Shown here: positions 27,053 to 40,810 of the stretch, in pieces | How positions within the stretch are numbered: the first letter of the stretch is position 1 | How the letters are laid out: each line of letters opens with the position of its first letter | From: Eledone cirrhosa | Taxonomy: Eukaryota | Assembly: GCA_964016885.1 (NCBI GenBank) | Contig: OZ024742.1 | Span: 218,550,001-218,614,000, forward strand | Length of the DNA: 64,000 bases | Reading direction: 5' to 3' | Notes under the pieces: generated by a model | The model's input: the letters and a program-made list of their open reading frames with translations, nothing else | Databases searched by the model: none | What the model was told of the DNA's origin: nothing | Position numbers and translations under genes: made by a program

Positions 27053-30000
27053 TGTTTCTTTTATTTGCCACTAGGGCATCAAAAGTGGGACAAGTACAAA
27101 GGGGGGAGTTTACACAAAAAGGCGTCCTCAATAAGGAGGAGGCAATAACAAAATATAAAAATAAAATAAGATATAACAAAAAATAAAATTTATAACAAAA
27201 TCCTCAATAGAGAGGAGGCGCCTTGGGGGGTCGCACACACCCCCGAAAAAAGTGTGCAACCCTTTTCCTCAGGAGCACAGAGAGGGGGTGCTCCCTCGTT
27301 CCTTCCTCTTTTCCACCTACAGGCTTATGTAAAGAGAAGGCCCATTCACACGGGCCATTCTCGCCACTTTCACCCACCTTTCATAAAAACGACTGGGGTG
27401 CAGCACCTCTCTCTCCATCCTGATCCTTCTTCCGAAATGATATCGGAAGAAACGGACCAGTTGTTGGCCAGAGAGAAAGGTGCCTGACCTCAGTCCTTTC
27501 AGACGCGTCCACCATACAACCTCTTTCGCCATGGCTATTACACACAGAAACACCGCCTCTGCTTCATCTTTGAAGGGGGGAGGCGGCTTGATCATTACAA
27601 TAGACTCGGTGGTCAACCGGATCGGTCCCACCCTTGACAGCAGTTGTTCGACATAGCCCCACAGATCGGCTACGCCCGAGCAGTGTACCAATGCGTGTGC
27701 AACGGTTTCCTCGTCGCACACGCATCTGGGACAGATCTTTTTGGCGGGGTCCCTACCCGGGCGCCCGTGTCTGTAGAGCCTTTCTCGAACGGGTAAAGCC
27801 CCTCGGTAGCACTGCCAGGCCAGGGACTTCTGGAAGTTGTCCATAGGTCCCGGGCTGAATGTCCTACCGAACAGGCTGGCCAGTTCGTCCTCCTCCATGT
27901 CTAGGGCTTCTCCGAGGGCGTCGTCGCACCTGCTGCGTACCAGCCCTCTATAGAATGTAGCGGTGGAGTCTCCACTGATAACCGGATCCGCCTGCCAGAG
28001 GGCGGTGAGCGCCTGGGCACACTCAGTGTGCCAGGCGCCCATTTTCTCGGTCTTTGCTTGACCCAGGATTGCAGCTCGGTGAGTGAGACGAGTCTGGGAA
28101 AGGTTCGTCTCACAAACGAGGCCCACACCGGTTGTCCGGTGAGGAATACGTAGAGGTGCCGTAGCCTTAATGCGTGTTTACGCATCATTAGCCACGGCAT
28201 CCCCAGCCCTCCTTTCGAAGGGTGTTGACAGCAGATGGATCTCCTCACCATAGGAGCCCGCCTCTTCCAAAGGAATTGGAAGAGCGCGCGCTCCATCTTG
28301 GTGAGGGTTTCCCTTGGGCAGGGCACTACGGTCAGGCGGTAGTAGATAACGGACGCTATGTAGGTGTTCGCCACCTCCGCCCGACCTTTAAGGGATAGTT
28401 TGCAACTGGCCCACTTCTGGGTCAGTGCAAACACCCTGTTCGTAACCTCCGCCCAGTTTTTCTCCACCTGGAGGTCCGGTCCGAACCAGACCCCAAGCAA
28501 CTTCACCGGGCCCTCCGTCCAGCGTCCGACAACGCCATCGGAAGGCATCGGTCTGCCCCTCCACGTGCCGAGTTGCAAACCGATCGACTTGTCCCGGTTC
28601 AGCTTAGCCCCTGTGAACTTTTCGTACTCCTCCAGTAAGGTGCCGACCGCCTCGATTTCGGAGGCCGTCGACACCATTACTGTCACGTCATCGGCGTAGG
28701 CCGACACCGCTTTCCGCAATCCCGGTTCCAAAGGGATGCCCTGCAACAACTCCAACTTCCGCAGTAGTGGCTCGAGAGTCAACACATACAGAAGGGAGGA
28801 GAGAGGGCACCCTTGTCGGATGGACCGCGCGATTTTGAACGGCTCCGAGAGGTAGCCGTTCACCTTGACCCTAGAGCAGATGCGGCTGCTGTGCATAGCA
28901 GTGATCCAGCCCCTGAAAACGGGTCCGAAGCCTGCCGCCGCTAGCACCGCATCCAGGTAACCATGGTCGACCCTATCGAACGCCTTAGATTGATCCAAGT
29001 TGATCAGAGCCCCACCAAAGCCGGGTTCGTTCCCAACCCTCTCTATGATGTATCGCATGAGGTGGAGGTTGTCATGGATGGACCTGGACGGGATAGGGCA
29101 TGTCTGCGCATCTCCCACCAGGTTGCCCACGACAAGCGCCAACCTCTTTGCTAGCACCTTGGCCAAAATCTGTAACTCTGTATTTAGCAGAGTTATGGGC
29201 CTGAAGTTACTTATTTCGTCACCCTTGTTCTCGTCCTTCCTCACTAGCGTGACTACGCCCTTGGTCACAGTACAGGGAATTCTCCCGTTCTGTTGCCAGT
29301 TGCAGTAGACCGCCTCGAGGAGATCGGGGAACAAGTCCGGCATAGCTAGATATAATTCATAAGGAAGACCATCGAGACCCGGGGATTTGCGTTTGCCGCA
29401 TTGGCTCAGCACGTCCTCTATCTTAGCGGCCGAAATCGGCTCCTCGCAGGACTTCGCCTCCCTGTCCGAGAGGCGCGGCAGGCCGTCGAGGTATGGACCG
29501 AAGTCCATGTTCCCAACCGGCTCCCCGCCCCTCCCGAACAGTCGGGCAAAGTGCCTTTGAAAGGCCTCACACATCTGCTTAGGCTCAAGAATCGCCCGGT
29601 CCATCCAGGTCTCGCAAAGACCGGATGGTGGATTTAGTTCCACTGTTGGCCTCTGTCACGCGGGCCCAGCTAACAGCTTTGGTCCCCTCGTTCCCTAGAG
29701 CACGTATTTTACTTCGGACAATGCAGCCTTCGTGCTTCGCGTCGAAAAACTGGCTCAAAGCCGTTCTCGACGCTAGCACTCTGGCCACGTCGCCGCTTCT
29801 AATTGCCTCTTCTACTCTATCTATTAGCTCCCTTTCCTTCCTATTCCTATCCGCAGCTAGAACCTTACTAAATTCTATCGAGACTACTCTAATCTCTCTC
29901 TTTAGAGATACCCACCACCTGCTGTTGACGATCGCTCCAGTCAACCGTTCCTTAACTAACGTACTAATCCGATTCCTGTAGGCTCTACTTGCCGGCAAGG

Positions 30001-30730
30001 ACAAGTTGAGCTTCCAGTAACCGGGGCCCTGTCTATGCATTCTATCAAGGTTGACCATGCAGGTCACCAACTTGTGGTCTGAATAGCCAACCATGAGCAT
30101 TTCTGGACAACTTAAAAAGTCCCTGTCCTTATTTCTAACTAAAAATCTATCTAGGTACGATCTAGATGATCCGCTGCGATTTGACCAAGACCAGGTTGGC
30201 ACCGTCGGAAAATCTAGTCGAAATCTATCGGCCAGGTCAAATCGGCCGAGTAACCCCTTGAGGCTGTTGCACGCCTCTCTATCGGGACATGCCCCTGCAT
30301 AGTCCCAACGTGCATCCAGGATACCATTCCAACCCCCCACTAAAAGCAGGGAACGGGACGTCCCTAGAAAAGACTCCAGACGCTGGAAAAAGTCGGGCCA
30401 CTCTGTCCCAAAAGGGGCATATGCGGCTATCAGCCTAAAGGCTCTACCTTCACCACTGCCAAGGTCCAGCACCACCAGTCGACCCCCTGGGTCCAAGTGA
30501 ACTATCTGTGTTGCAAGGCCCATATGTTTTTGCAGCAGAACGACAACCCCACCCCCACCTCCGGGCTGACAGAGAGATGCGTGCATCTCAAAGTCGTCAA
30601 AGGTGGGGGCTAGCTGTCGCATGCTGCTGATCCGGGCCTCGCAGATAACCATCACATTTATAGATTGTGACCTGAGGTCATTTAGAAGCATTGCTTGCTT
30701 CCAAGACGAGCCCAGGCCACGCGCATTTAG
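27053..30730 (-). mobile_element. Tx1/L1-clade non-LTR retrotransposon, copy 1: almost complete ORF2 (APE endonuclease, RT, C-terminal Cys/His motif), two frameshifts, 5' truncated
   Basis: Endonuclease LNARGL...ICEAR...YLDRFL...YSDH (ORF 29585-30691); RT KSPGLDG, NFRPITLLN, DQSKAFD, RQGCPLS, YADD (27901-29643); CPRC...ETVAHALVHC (27317-28126); AATAAA near the 3' end; 21-bp TSD. Confidence 0.95.
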
Positions 30731-31938
30731 AAATAGATAGACAAACAGATAGACAAACAGATAGACAAACAGATAGACAAACAGATAGACAAACAGATAG
30801 ACAAACAGATAGACAAATAAAATGATAAGTACATATAATAATAATTATTTCTACTTTAGGCACAAGGCCAGCAATTACCCAGTTCATTACTGGTACTTTA
30901 TTTTATCGACAATAATAATAATAATACAATAATAGAGGCAAGGAAATATACAGGATCTGTACAAGGTTATCCAAAACAGGTACAAAGATTAATGTTAAGA
31001 TTAGATTGGGGTTGGGATAGAGTTCAAAGTGTTCATAGAGAGATTTCTGCTGGTGTGCCAGCTTGTGTGCATCAGGTGAGGGAGGAGAGAGAGGGTCTCC
31101 TAATAGGTGTTCTTGTTCCTTGGATATATGCTGGTTAAATTCCATAAAGTGTTGTCCATGGTTAGGGGAGGTTGTTATCCTGAGTGTTCCACTAGTCTTT
31201 AGGGATGAGTTGTGTCCTCTGGTCAGTTCTGGTATTCAAAATGAAGTGAATTTTTAAGTTCAGTCTGTGGCTACATACCATGTGATTCGGGCAGAGCATA
31301 TGAAGCCATCACCTGTTTATTGCTTCAGCAAAGCACTCAACTTATTAGGAGCATCTAATTAGATTATGGGGTTAACAGAACAGGGATGTGCTGATCACAT
31401 TATGGTCCGTCGGTTGTGAAGCAGATAAAATGAACTGCTCAACGACCTGTATAAATGGTACAAGACGGAGATTATATATTAATAAAAGATCGGAGGCCAT
31501 ATTCAGTTAATTCCGGTTTATTTATATATATATAAACAGATACACACATGCACATGTATGTCTGTGTGTGTATCATTATCATCATAATGCTATAATTATC
31601 ACTTTACACTCACTTTCTATGCTGGCTTATGTTGGGCAGGTTGCCATTGATACAAAACAGTCCTTATTCTGTGATTGTTATGAAGTGTTATATTCCTGGA
31701 TGATTACATATAAGTCTAGTGGCTTACTGGATAAGAAAGTTATTACCCACAGTTTAGAAATGTTTTCATATATATTGAATCTGGCACCATGAATTCCTGA
31801 TAATAATCAGATCTTAACCTATGAAAACATTTTGTTTTTCCATGAAAAATGAGGTTAGTAATCATTAAAATTATAAATCATATAAAAAAAAATTCTTATC
31901 TCAGAAATGTAGACATTTCTTTTTCTGTTATATTCTAG

Positions 31939-32406
31939 GGCTTATATAAAGCAAATAAGAGGCATGGACCTGGTATTTTCTCCTACAACCTTTTAAAACT
32001 TCAAGATGTTGGTTTATGGCATGAAGAGAAGTTAATTCGAATTTCTTATTCTCTAACTGGTGCTTTTAGTTTGAATGATTACCCCCATTGCAACCGTTTA
32101 CCCCAAGAGAAAAAACATGAGATTCATATGAAAGATTGCTGGAAGGTTGATTCCGTATTTGATGATATGTATAAGGAGAACAAATATGATATTTTGTCCT
32201 GCGCACAGCTGTTGGAGAAACTGCAAAATATTTACATTGATTACCAAGATAAAAGCAGTTGGAAAATGAACTATAAGATATTTAATGAAAAATATGTTTC
32301 TGAGGCCAAGGGTAAAATAGATTCAAGTATGAGTAGAAATCTATGGAATTTGACGCCACATTTAGTTGACTTACAGAAACATATCTTAAAACATTCCTTT
32401 AAACAG
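31939..32406 (+). CDS. ANKMY1: ANKMY1-like exon 4
   Basis: TAG|GLYKANKRHGPGIFSY...QDVGLWHEEKLIRI...LQKHILKHSFKQ|GTATTG; 468 nt. The GLYKA..R.GPG..Y...QDVGLW..E.LI motif resembles vertebrate ANKMY1 as recalled. Confidence 0.92.
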
Positions 32407-33309
32407 GTATTGTTACTTTGATTATGTTACTTTCTCAATGTCATATCTAAGAATCATTAACCCTTTTAATACCAAAATATTCTAAACTAGCCCTACTGCC
32501 ACAATATAAAACTGCTTTTTATAAAATATGTTTATCTAAAAACTTTCCATCATAATTTTATGTAAGAACCTTTGTTACTTTATGTTCCCAAATGCTGCTT
32601 AATTTGAAAATGATATGGAAATCAAAAGCAGTGTCTTTCAGTAAAAATAAAGTAATCTTCTTCTTCCTCTCCAAGCACGCCCTCTAGTAGGTCCAGTCAG
32701 AAATAATTATCTCCAATTGATCTGACTGGATCCCCAAAGTGAAATCAACTAAGCTCATGGATGTTATCCAACCATCTTGCTCTGTGTCTACCCCTGTGTC
32801 TCCTGTCAGTTAGTTTTGCCTGTAAAATCTGTCCAGCAATTCTTTTCTGAAACATTCTAACCACATGTCTGTAGTATCGGAGCTGTGATCTCGCAATTCA
32901 GAGAAGTAACGGCTCACTCTGAAATGACTCTCTTATCTCTGAATTATGCCCTCTGTCTAGAAGCGTAACTCCTAAGACCCTTTGGAGGAACCCCATTTCA
33001 GCCACTTGTATTTACAATCGTATTCTTTTGGTCATTACCCATGTTTCATCACCATGCCCCTATACCCACCCTCCCACTCCAGTTCACACCATCCTTGCAC
33101 TCTAAAGTTATGTTGGTATCACAAAAAGGCATCCAGCCCACACTGTAAAGTGGTCATGACAAAAAGCACCCAGTACACACTGTTAATGTGGATGACATTA
33201 GGAAGGGCATCCAGATGCAGAAATCTAGCCAAAAACAGTTCTGTCTGAGCAGGACACGGTCACCTGACTCAACTTGCCTCAAATGAGACAACTCGTCTAA
33301 CTCATGCTA

Positions 33310-34870
33310 AGAATTTCTCTGAAATGTAATCTGGGTGTTTTGTAGTCTACAGCTTCAATTTCTAAACTGTGTGGGATGTTAGTATGTAAGCTTATTACAT
33401 CAAAGCTGACTTAGATCGTTTATTGGTGTAATTTCTAGAGGATATAATTCAGGAATTCCATATCATCCTTGATGAAGCTTGGCACCTTTTTACATAAGGG
33501 TTTCAGTAAAATGTCTAATAGGTTGCTTATATGTGGTGTGCTTGAGGCTGGACTGGCAATCATTGGGCGTAATTTTAGATCTGTCGATTTTGGTATTTCG
33601 ACATGTGATGCCTTTTATGTTGTTTTGGATTTCTCTCGATTTATGAATTTTTGGCAATCCATAAAAATTACTGGTTTTCATTTCAAAGTTGGTTAAGTAA
33701 TTGATTTCCTTTATTTTTTTGTAAAAGTCCTCATAATTTAACTGTTCTAGGGCCATATCCCTGTAGTGATTTTTGTCTATGATGATGATTACTCCACCTT
33801 TGTCAGCTTCTTTTATAATTATTGAGGAGTCTTTTTGTAAGTTGTTTAGTGCTAGCAGTTTGACTGTAGGAATATTGCGTTTGTGGTTCTTCTCTACAAT
33901 ATTTGATTGTGCTGATCATCGGAGGCAGATTATGTATTCTTCCAGGGGTTTGAAATTCTTTGTGTCTTTTATAAGGTCGGCTTGATCTGATTTTGGAATG
34001 GGTGTAAACTTCATTCTCTAACAGTTTAAATTCCTGTTGTGTTAATTTCTTGATGAATATGTTAATTATTTTTGGTTTCTTTGAATTTTCCCCGTCAAGT
34101 TCCATTTGAAGGGTGGTGTTTTTTTTCTATTTTTCCTTCATTTGGTGGGAGGCACCCTGTCCTAAAAAATAATTCCCATTTGATATTGGGGTGTTTCTGT
34201 TATGATGATGAAATCTTCTGTTTGCTGGCATTTCATGTTGATAATTTTCTGAACGGTAGGATCTTGTTTGGTGCTTGATATAGGGGGTCTGGCTCTTCTG
34301 TTGTTCCGTTCAGTCTTTATATGTCTTTGATTCTGCCGCTGGTAATTAATTGTTCTTGGGGTTTTGACAGTAGTTGTACCTGGTTCTGGTGTTTAGTATT
34401 TGGTCTGTGTATAGGTGTGTGTTTGGGATTCTTTGATCTCTGGTTGATGTTTGTTTACTGTGTGAGAATTCTTTATTGTTTGTGTTTTTGATTTTTTTTT
34501 TAATTTGAGGGTTTCTTATGGGCTTATTTTTGGGGATTTTATTTGGTCTTTACCATAGTTCTTTTCATATTCTTGTAGCCATTGTGTTCTTGACTTCAAG
34601 ATCCTCTTCGACTTTAATTCCTCTCTGGTTGTATCGCTCTTCCATAGGTCAAAGAGTTTTTCACAAATATTGTTGTTGCTTCTTTTATTGATTTCTTCTC
34701 GAATGGTGATGTCACACTTTTCAAATTTATCTTTGAATAAATGTTGATACTTTCAGGTGATGTAGGGTGATTTCAGCCTCAAGTTTCTGGAGTGATACTT
34801 TCAGGTGATGTAGGGTGATTTCAGCCTCAAGTTTCTGGAGTACTAGATTCAACCTTATTTTTATTTCTTC
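33310..34870 (-). mobile_element. Penelope-like element fragment (N-terminal region and start of RT), degenerate
   Basis: Minus-strand motifs IIIKEADKGGVIII, NFYGLPKIHKS and SFDVISLHTNIPH; 48-bp internal tandem duplication at 34746-34841. The boundary near 34870 is approximate. Confidence 0.85.
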
Positions 34871-35205
34871 GTCTATATATATATATATATATATGAAGTA
34901 TACATCTAGCATGCATCACTTAACCACTATCCTCCCTCCCCCTTTCATACACCTCCCATGCCCTAACACTCTGCTCACATCCTGATCACACTACCCTTCT
35001 CCCATGCCTTTACACCCCAGCCCTAGTCTCCAGTCCACACTATAAAGTGATCGTGTTGGTATCAAATCACCAAATAAAAAGATATCAAAATTATTGATAT
35101 ATCCCACAAATTAATTACGGTTACCAACAAAATTTGTACATTATTCTATGTACTATACATGCACCTTTGATGAGTTGTAGTGCATCATTATTATTATTAT
35201 TTCAG

Positions 35206-35406
35206 AATCTGATAGATGTGGAGGCTATATTTAATTATAACCGAGAAAAGTTCTGGGCAAAAGGCGTAAAAGAGAGAAGCTCTGAGACACTATTGAAAAG
35301 TACCCTTATAGAAGATATTGAACTGGTTGAGGCAATCTTAGAAGAAAATGCTGTAAGTCCAGATGTTAGCGATAGACATGGCACAAATCCTCTGATAATA
35401 GCAACA
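35206..35406 (+). CDS. ANKMY1: ANKMY1-like exon 5 (start of ankyrin region)
   Basis: CAG|NLIDVEAIFNYNREKFWAKG...SPDVSDRHGTNPLIIAT|GTAAGT; 201 nt. Confidence 0.92.
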
Positions 35407-35569
35407 GTAAGTGTTATTTCATTAGTATTCATTAGATGTGTTTTTATTTGCCTCCAATGAGAGGGCAGGAGATGTAAGAATTGTTAGCACACCAGACAAA
35501 ATATCATGTGATATTTAGTTTCAGCCCTTTAGATTTCTCAGGTCAAATGATGTTCAAATACCTCAAGGC

Positions 35570-36010
35570 TGTGTTCATGAGTGAGGTAGGAGGCTGAATT
35601 AAGTTCAAGAATTGCTGAAGCCTATACAGTAATGTGCCATCTTCAGCATCTGGTAATCAGAAGGAGGGAGGTAGATGTAAAAGTAAAACTCTTGCTATCT
35701 TCAATTCAGTATTCATGCCAATCTTACCTATAGTCATGAAGCTTGAGTAATGACCAAAAGAATGCAATCACAAATACAAGCAGCTGAAATGGGGTTCCTC
35801 TAAAGGGTCTTTGGAGTAATGTTTCTCCATAGAATGCGTAGCTCAGAGATCAGAGAATTGCTCCAGCTAGAGCCACTACTTCTCCAAATTGAAAGATAAC
35901 AGCTCCGATACTATGGACATGTGTTTAGAATGACTCAGAAAAGAATTGTTGAACAGATTTTATGGGCAAAACCAACTGGTAGAAGACCCAGGAATAGACC
36001 CCTAGAAAGA
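35570..36010 (+). mobile_element. RTE-type LINE 3' fragment; related minus-strand fragments at ~32690-33030 and ~41650-41880
   Basis: Degenerate PILTYSHEA..MTKRMQSQIQAAEMGFL...QLRYYGHVFRM...KPTGRRPRNRP. Confidence 0.75.
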
Positions 36011-36460
36011 TGGTTGCTTCTGAAAGGACCCCCTGGAAGGCATGCTTGAGAACTATGCCTCCTTGATCCTCGTAGGAATATGTGGGTGAAGAAGGAGGAG
36101 GAGAAGAAGAAGAGATCTTGGAGGTTAGCATGAGAAGAGGACAAAATTTAGATTGAGTGGTATATATGGAAAGTGGTGTTGTAGTCATGTGATCTGTTAT
36201 GTAGGTGAATTTGCTTTGATGTACTGAAGGTCAACAGTTGAAATAAAGTAGATATGTTTGTTGGATTTCAATTTAAGTAATTTATTTATGGAAGCTGGGT
36301 GATTAATACATAGCAGGTGATATTGGATAGAGGAACTGAAAGGCCCTGTTTGTATATTGGAGAGGGAAGAGAGGAATATAGTGCTGACTGTACCAGAATG
36401 CTGATTTATATAAATATGTTAGGATAGATGTATAGATAGAGAGACATATAAATGTATGTA

Positions 36461-36795
36461 CATGGCTTAGTGGTTAGAGCATTGGCCTTGAAATCGAAAG
36501 GTTGTGAGTTCAATTCTCAGACCGGGTGATGTGTTGTTTCCTTGAGCAAGACACTTTATTTCACATTGCTCCAGTTTACTCAGCTGTAGAAATGAGATGA
36601 TAGGGACTGGGGTCCCTATCATTCCACTGCAAAGTGGTGGTGGAGGTGCCACGGCAAAAAGCACCCAGCATTCACTGTAAATGAGGTTGGTGTTAGGAAG
36701 GGCATCCAGCTGTAGAAATCAAGCCAGAATCAGTTCCCGTCCCACCCTTGCAAGCAGGGAAAAGTGGACGTAAAATGATGATGATGATGATGATG
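36461..36795 (+). mobile_element. tRNA-derived SINE family 2 (young copy)
   Basis: A-box TGGCTTAGTGG, B-box GAGTTCAATTC, CCTTGAGCAAGACACTT core, RTE-like tail ending in (GAT)n; near-identical copies at 44743, 47918 and 57260. Confidence 0.92.
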
Positions 36796-37784
36796 TACAT
36801 ACTCAGAAGGGGAGAGAAGTACACACATGAGCATAAACTTGCATACAGATAAATGTGCAATTATTTGTGCATAGAAAAATTTCTATATAAACTTATCCAT
36901 TCACACATGGATATCAGCAGAGATGCGTAAATCTTGAAAAGTGGTTATATAGTTTCACATAACTAAAACTTTTCCATTTGATGTCAAAATTAAAGTGTTT
37001 ATCTTCCAAAATCCAAATACAATTTTATAATGTCATGTCTGCACATTTAACTTGTTTTTGAAAGTCTGTATTTGTACATCTCTCTCTCTCTCTCTCTCTC
37101 TTACTCTATACTTTTATGGAAGAAATCAGCTATGATCAAACCTGGAAAGGTTTTGAAAATGCCTCAAATACACCATGTATCATTATGACATACTTTAGTT
37201 CATACATACTTTTGTTGGTTATGGTGGAATTTTAATGACTTGACTTAGCAGTTAAACCATTGTATTTGTTAAAAATTGGTACATTTACTGATGACTCTCC
37301 AGCAAAATAATCTATAGAGCTTTTCAAACATCTACCATTAGTCAGGTTTTATAGAATGCCTAGTTGAATAGTAGTATGGGTAGTGGAAAGTGTTGTTTTT
37401 TTTTAGGTAATGCTCAGCAATGATTTCATAAAGTTCAACTTTGTCTTTCATCTTTTTATGATGGATTAAAGTGTGAGTGATTGGCAGAATTACTAAAATG
37501 TCAGTTGGGATGCCTTCTGGTATTTGTTTTAGATCTGTGCATCCTGAATTCAAATCCCACCTCCCATAACTGGAAAACATACAAAAACACAATGGCACTT
37601 CTGTTAAGAGTTGTAACTAACAGATAGTATCAGCAAAGGGAAATACCAATTGAAACAGTTTCCTTGCTTTGATTTAAAACATTGACAATTTTCTAATTGA
37701 TCAATATGTTTATATTAAATATCTTTAAAATTTCTTCATATAATATGCACTTATTTTCTTTTTCTTCCTTTGATTTTGTTCTAG

Positions 37785-38473
37785 TCTGTAGGAAATGATG
37801 ACCTCATTGAGTTACTACTGAACCATGGTGCTAATGTTAACCAGCTGAATGATGAGGGATGTTCTGCTCTCACCGTTGGAATTATTAATTGTTACCCATT
37901 CAGCTTATTTCCAAAAAACATCCAAATACAAAAAATAGGCTATCTTCCAAACTACAATTTAGGCCGAGAAAATGAGAAACAATATCCCTTTTTAGCCACT
38001 TCTAATGCTGGGGATAATAAGGAGATTCTTTTCTGGCCAGAACCTGTTGAAAACTCTAATGCTGCTCCTCAAGTACCAATTCCTGCTAAAGAAAGTGGCA
38101 AAGTTCTAACACGGAAAGATTCTATAGGATCTGGAATAGCTCTGAAAAAAATACTAAATAAAGACAGTCCCCCACGCAAGTCATTATCCAACACCAAATT
38201 GCAGCAGTCACTCTCTTTTGACTTGGGGTTTGATGTCAAGTATCCCAAAAGTCAAATGCAAACCGATTATTCAATTTCTAAAAAGATCACAGAAGCTAAT
38301 GAATTGCTGTCAGCATATACAGAGATACTACCTAATAAAACAGATCTACGATCAAAGTCAGAATTATCATTTTGTTCAAATTTGCCTGCAAAATTAAACA
38401 CCGGTGCTTTTAAATCTCAATCTAAACGAGTTTCATTTAGAAATGTTGTGAAAGACGATGAATTTGATATTAA
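37785..38473 (+). CDS. ANKMY1: ANKMY1-like exon 6 (ankyrin repeat plus long linker)
   Basis: TAG|SVGNDDLIELLLNHGANVNQLNDEGCSALTVGIINCYP...DDEFDI-AA|GTAAGT; 689 nt, phase 2. Confidence 0.9.
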
Positions 38474-39049
38474 GTAAGTTTTAACACTTTCTTATGAAAT
38501 ACATTGTATTTGAATTAGTTATTGGAGAATTTTGAGGGATATACAAAAATTATTAATTATTAAGATGTTTGTAGCATTACTTAAAAGTAAAATTATGTTG
38601 GAAGGTTTCTTCCATTTAAATAGAAATCTTTTAAAATGGGCGATTTTATTTGATAGAATGAGAGGCACTTTCGAGCAGGTTGGTATCAAAAGAATTAATG
38701 TGGTTGTGGTGGTGTTGACAGTGGGGGGTATGGTGGTGGTGATGATGGTAGTGGTGGTGATGGTGGGGGTATAGTGGTGGTACTGAGGCTGCTGGTGGTG
38801 ATGGCAATAGTGGTGGCAGCAGTGGCGGTGGTGGTGGAGATGGCTGTGGGGTAGTATTTTGGTGATGGTGTTACTGTTGGGATTGGTGGTGGTGGTGATG
38901 ATGGTAGTTATGATGGGTGGTTGTAACTGTGGCAGCAGCTGTTGCAGTGATAGTAATGGTGATGGTGATGGCTGTAGAGAGCCAGATTAAATCAATTGTA
39001 CTACTAAAATGTAGAATATAGTATTTGCCAAGTTGTATATGATGTCTAG

Positions 39050-40810
39050 GAGCTGTAAGCTCCAAAGCTGGTAATAACCTCACTACAGATATGAACTGTA
39101 AGCACCCGAAGAGAGTAATAACCTCATTACAGATATGAACTGTAAGCACCTGAAGAGAGTAATAACCTCACTACAGATATGAACTGTAAGCACCCGAAGA
39201 GGGTAATAACCTCACTACAGATATGAACTGTAAGCACCTGAAGAGGGTAATAACCTCACTACAGATATGAACTGTAAGCACCCGAAGAGGGTAATAACCT
39301 CACTACAGATATGAACTGTAAGCTCCAAAGCTGGTAATAACCTCACTACAGATATGAACTGTAAGCACCTGAAGAGAGTAATAACCTCACTACAGATATG
39401 AACTGTAAGTACCCGAAGAGAGTAATAACCTCACTACAGATATGAACTGTAAGTACCCGAAGAGAGTAATAACCTCACTACAGATATGAACTGTAAGCAC
39501 CCGAAGAGAGTAATAACCTCACTACAGATATGAACTGTAAGTACCCGAAGAGAGTAATAACCTCACTACAGATATGAACTGTAAGTACCCGAAGAGAGTA
39601 ATAACCTCACTACAGATATGAACTGTAAGCACCCGAAGAGAGTAATAACCTCACTACTGATATGAACTGTAAGCACCTGAAGAGGGTAATAACCTCACTA
39701 CAGATATGAACTGTAAGCACCTGAAGAGAGTAATAACCTCACTACAGATATGAACTGTAAGCACCCGAAGAGAGTAATAACCTCACTACAGATATGAACT
39801 GTAAGCACCCGAAGAGAGTAATAACCTCATTACAGATATGAACTGTAAGCCCCCGAAGAGAGTAATAACCTCATTACAGATATGAACTGTAAGCACCTGA
39901 AGAGAGTAATAACCTCATTACTGATATGAACTGTAAGCACCCGAAGAGAGTAATAACCTCATTACAGATATGAACTGTAAGCACTTGAAGAGAGTAATAA
40001 CCTCATTACAGATATGAACTGTAAGCACCCGAAGAGAGTAATAACCTCACTACAGATATGAACTGTAAGCACCTGAAGAGAGTAATAACCTCACTACAGA
40101 TATGAACTGTAAGCACCCGAAGAGAGTAATAACCTCACTCCAGATATGAACTGTAAGCCCCCGAAGAGAGTAATAACCTCACTACAGATATGAACTGTAA
40201 GCACCTGAAGAGAGTAATAACCTCATTACAGATATGAACTGTAAGCACCTGAAGAGAGTAATAACCTCACTACAGATATGAACTGTAAGCACCCAAAGAG
40301 AGTAATAACCTCACTACAGATATGAACTGTAAGCACCTGAAGAGAGTAATAACCTCATTACAGATATGAACTGTAAGCACCTGAAGAGAGTAATAACCTC
40401 ACTACAGATATGAACTGTAAGCACCCGAAGAGAGTAATAACCTCATTACAGATATGAACTGTAAGCCCCCGAAGAGAGTAATAACCTCACTACAGATATG
40501 AACTGTAAGCACCCGAAGAGAGTAATAACCTCACTACAGATATGAACTGTAAGCACCCAAAGAGAGTAATAACCTCACTACAGATATGAACTGTAAGCAC
40601 CCGAAGAGAGTAATAGCCTCACTCCAGATGCGACTTTAGTCTTCCAAAGCTTGTAATAACATCTCCAGATGTGAACTATGGGCTCTCAAAACTGTAATAG
40701 CCTCACTCCAGATATGAACTCTAGGCTCCCAATGCTGGTAATAGCCTCACTCCAGATGTGATCTATGGGCTCCCAAAACTGTAATAGCCTCACTCCAGAT
40801 GTGAACTATA
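39050..40810. repeat. 44-bp minisatellite (~35 homogeneous copies plus degenerate edge copies)
   Basis: Unit TAATAACCTCACTACAGATATGAACTGTAAGCACCCGAAGAGAG; degenerate units at 40620-40810. Confidence 0.97.

Noticed and set aside
36461-36535. tRNA genes at SINE heads
   Set aside because: A and B boxes are present, but no clear acceptor stem, and each continues into a SINE body.
39050-40620. Tandem hammerhead array (CTGAAGA GAG-taataac-CTC ... ACAG/CTGT A)
   Set aside because: The layout is suggestive, but the essential GAA is ACT or ATT, stem I cannot form, most units read CCGAAGA, and edge units lack the motif.
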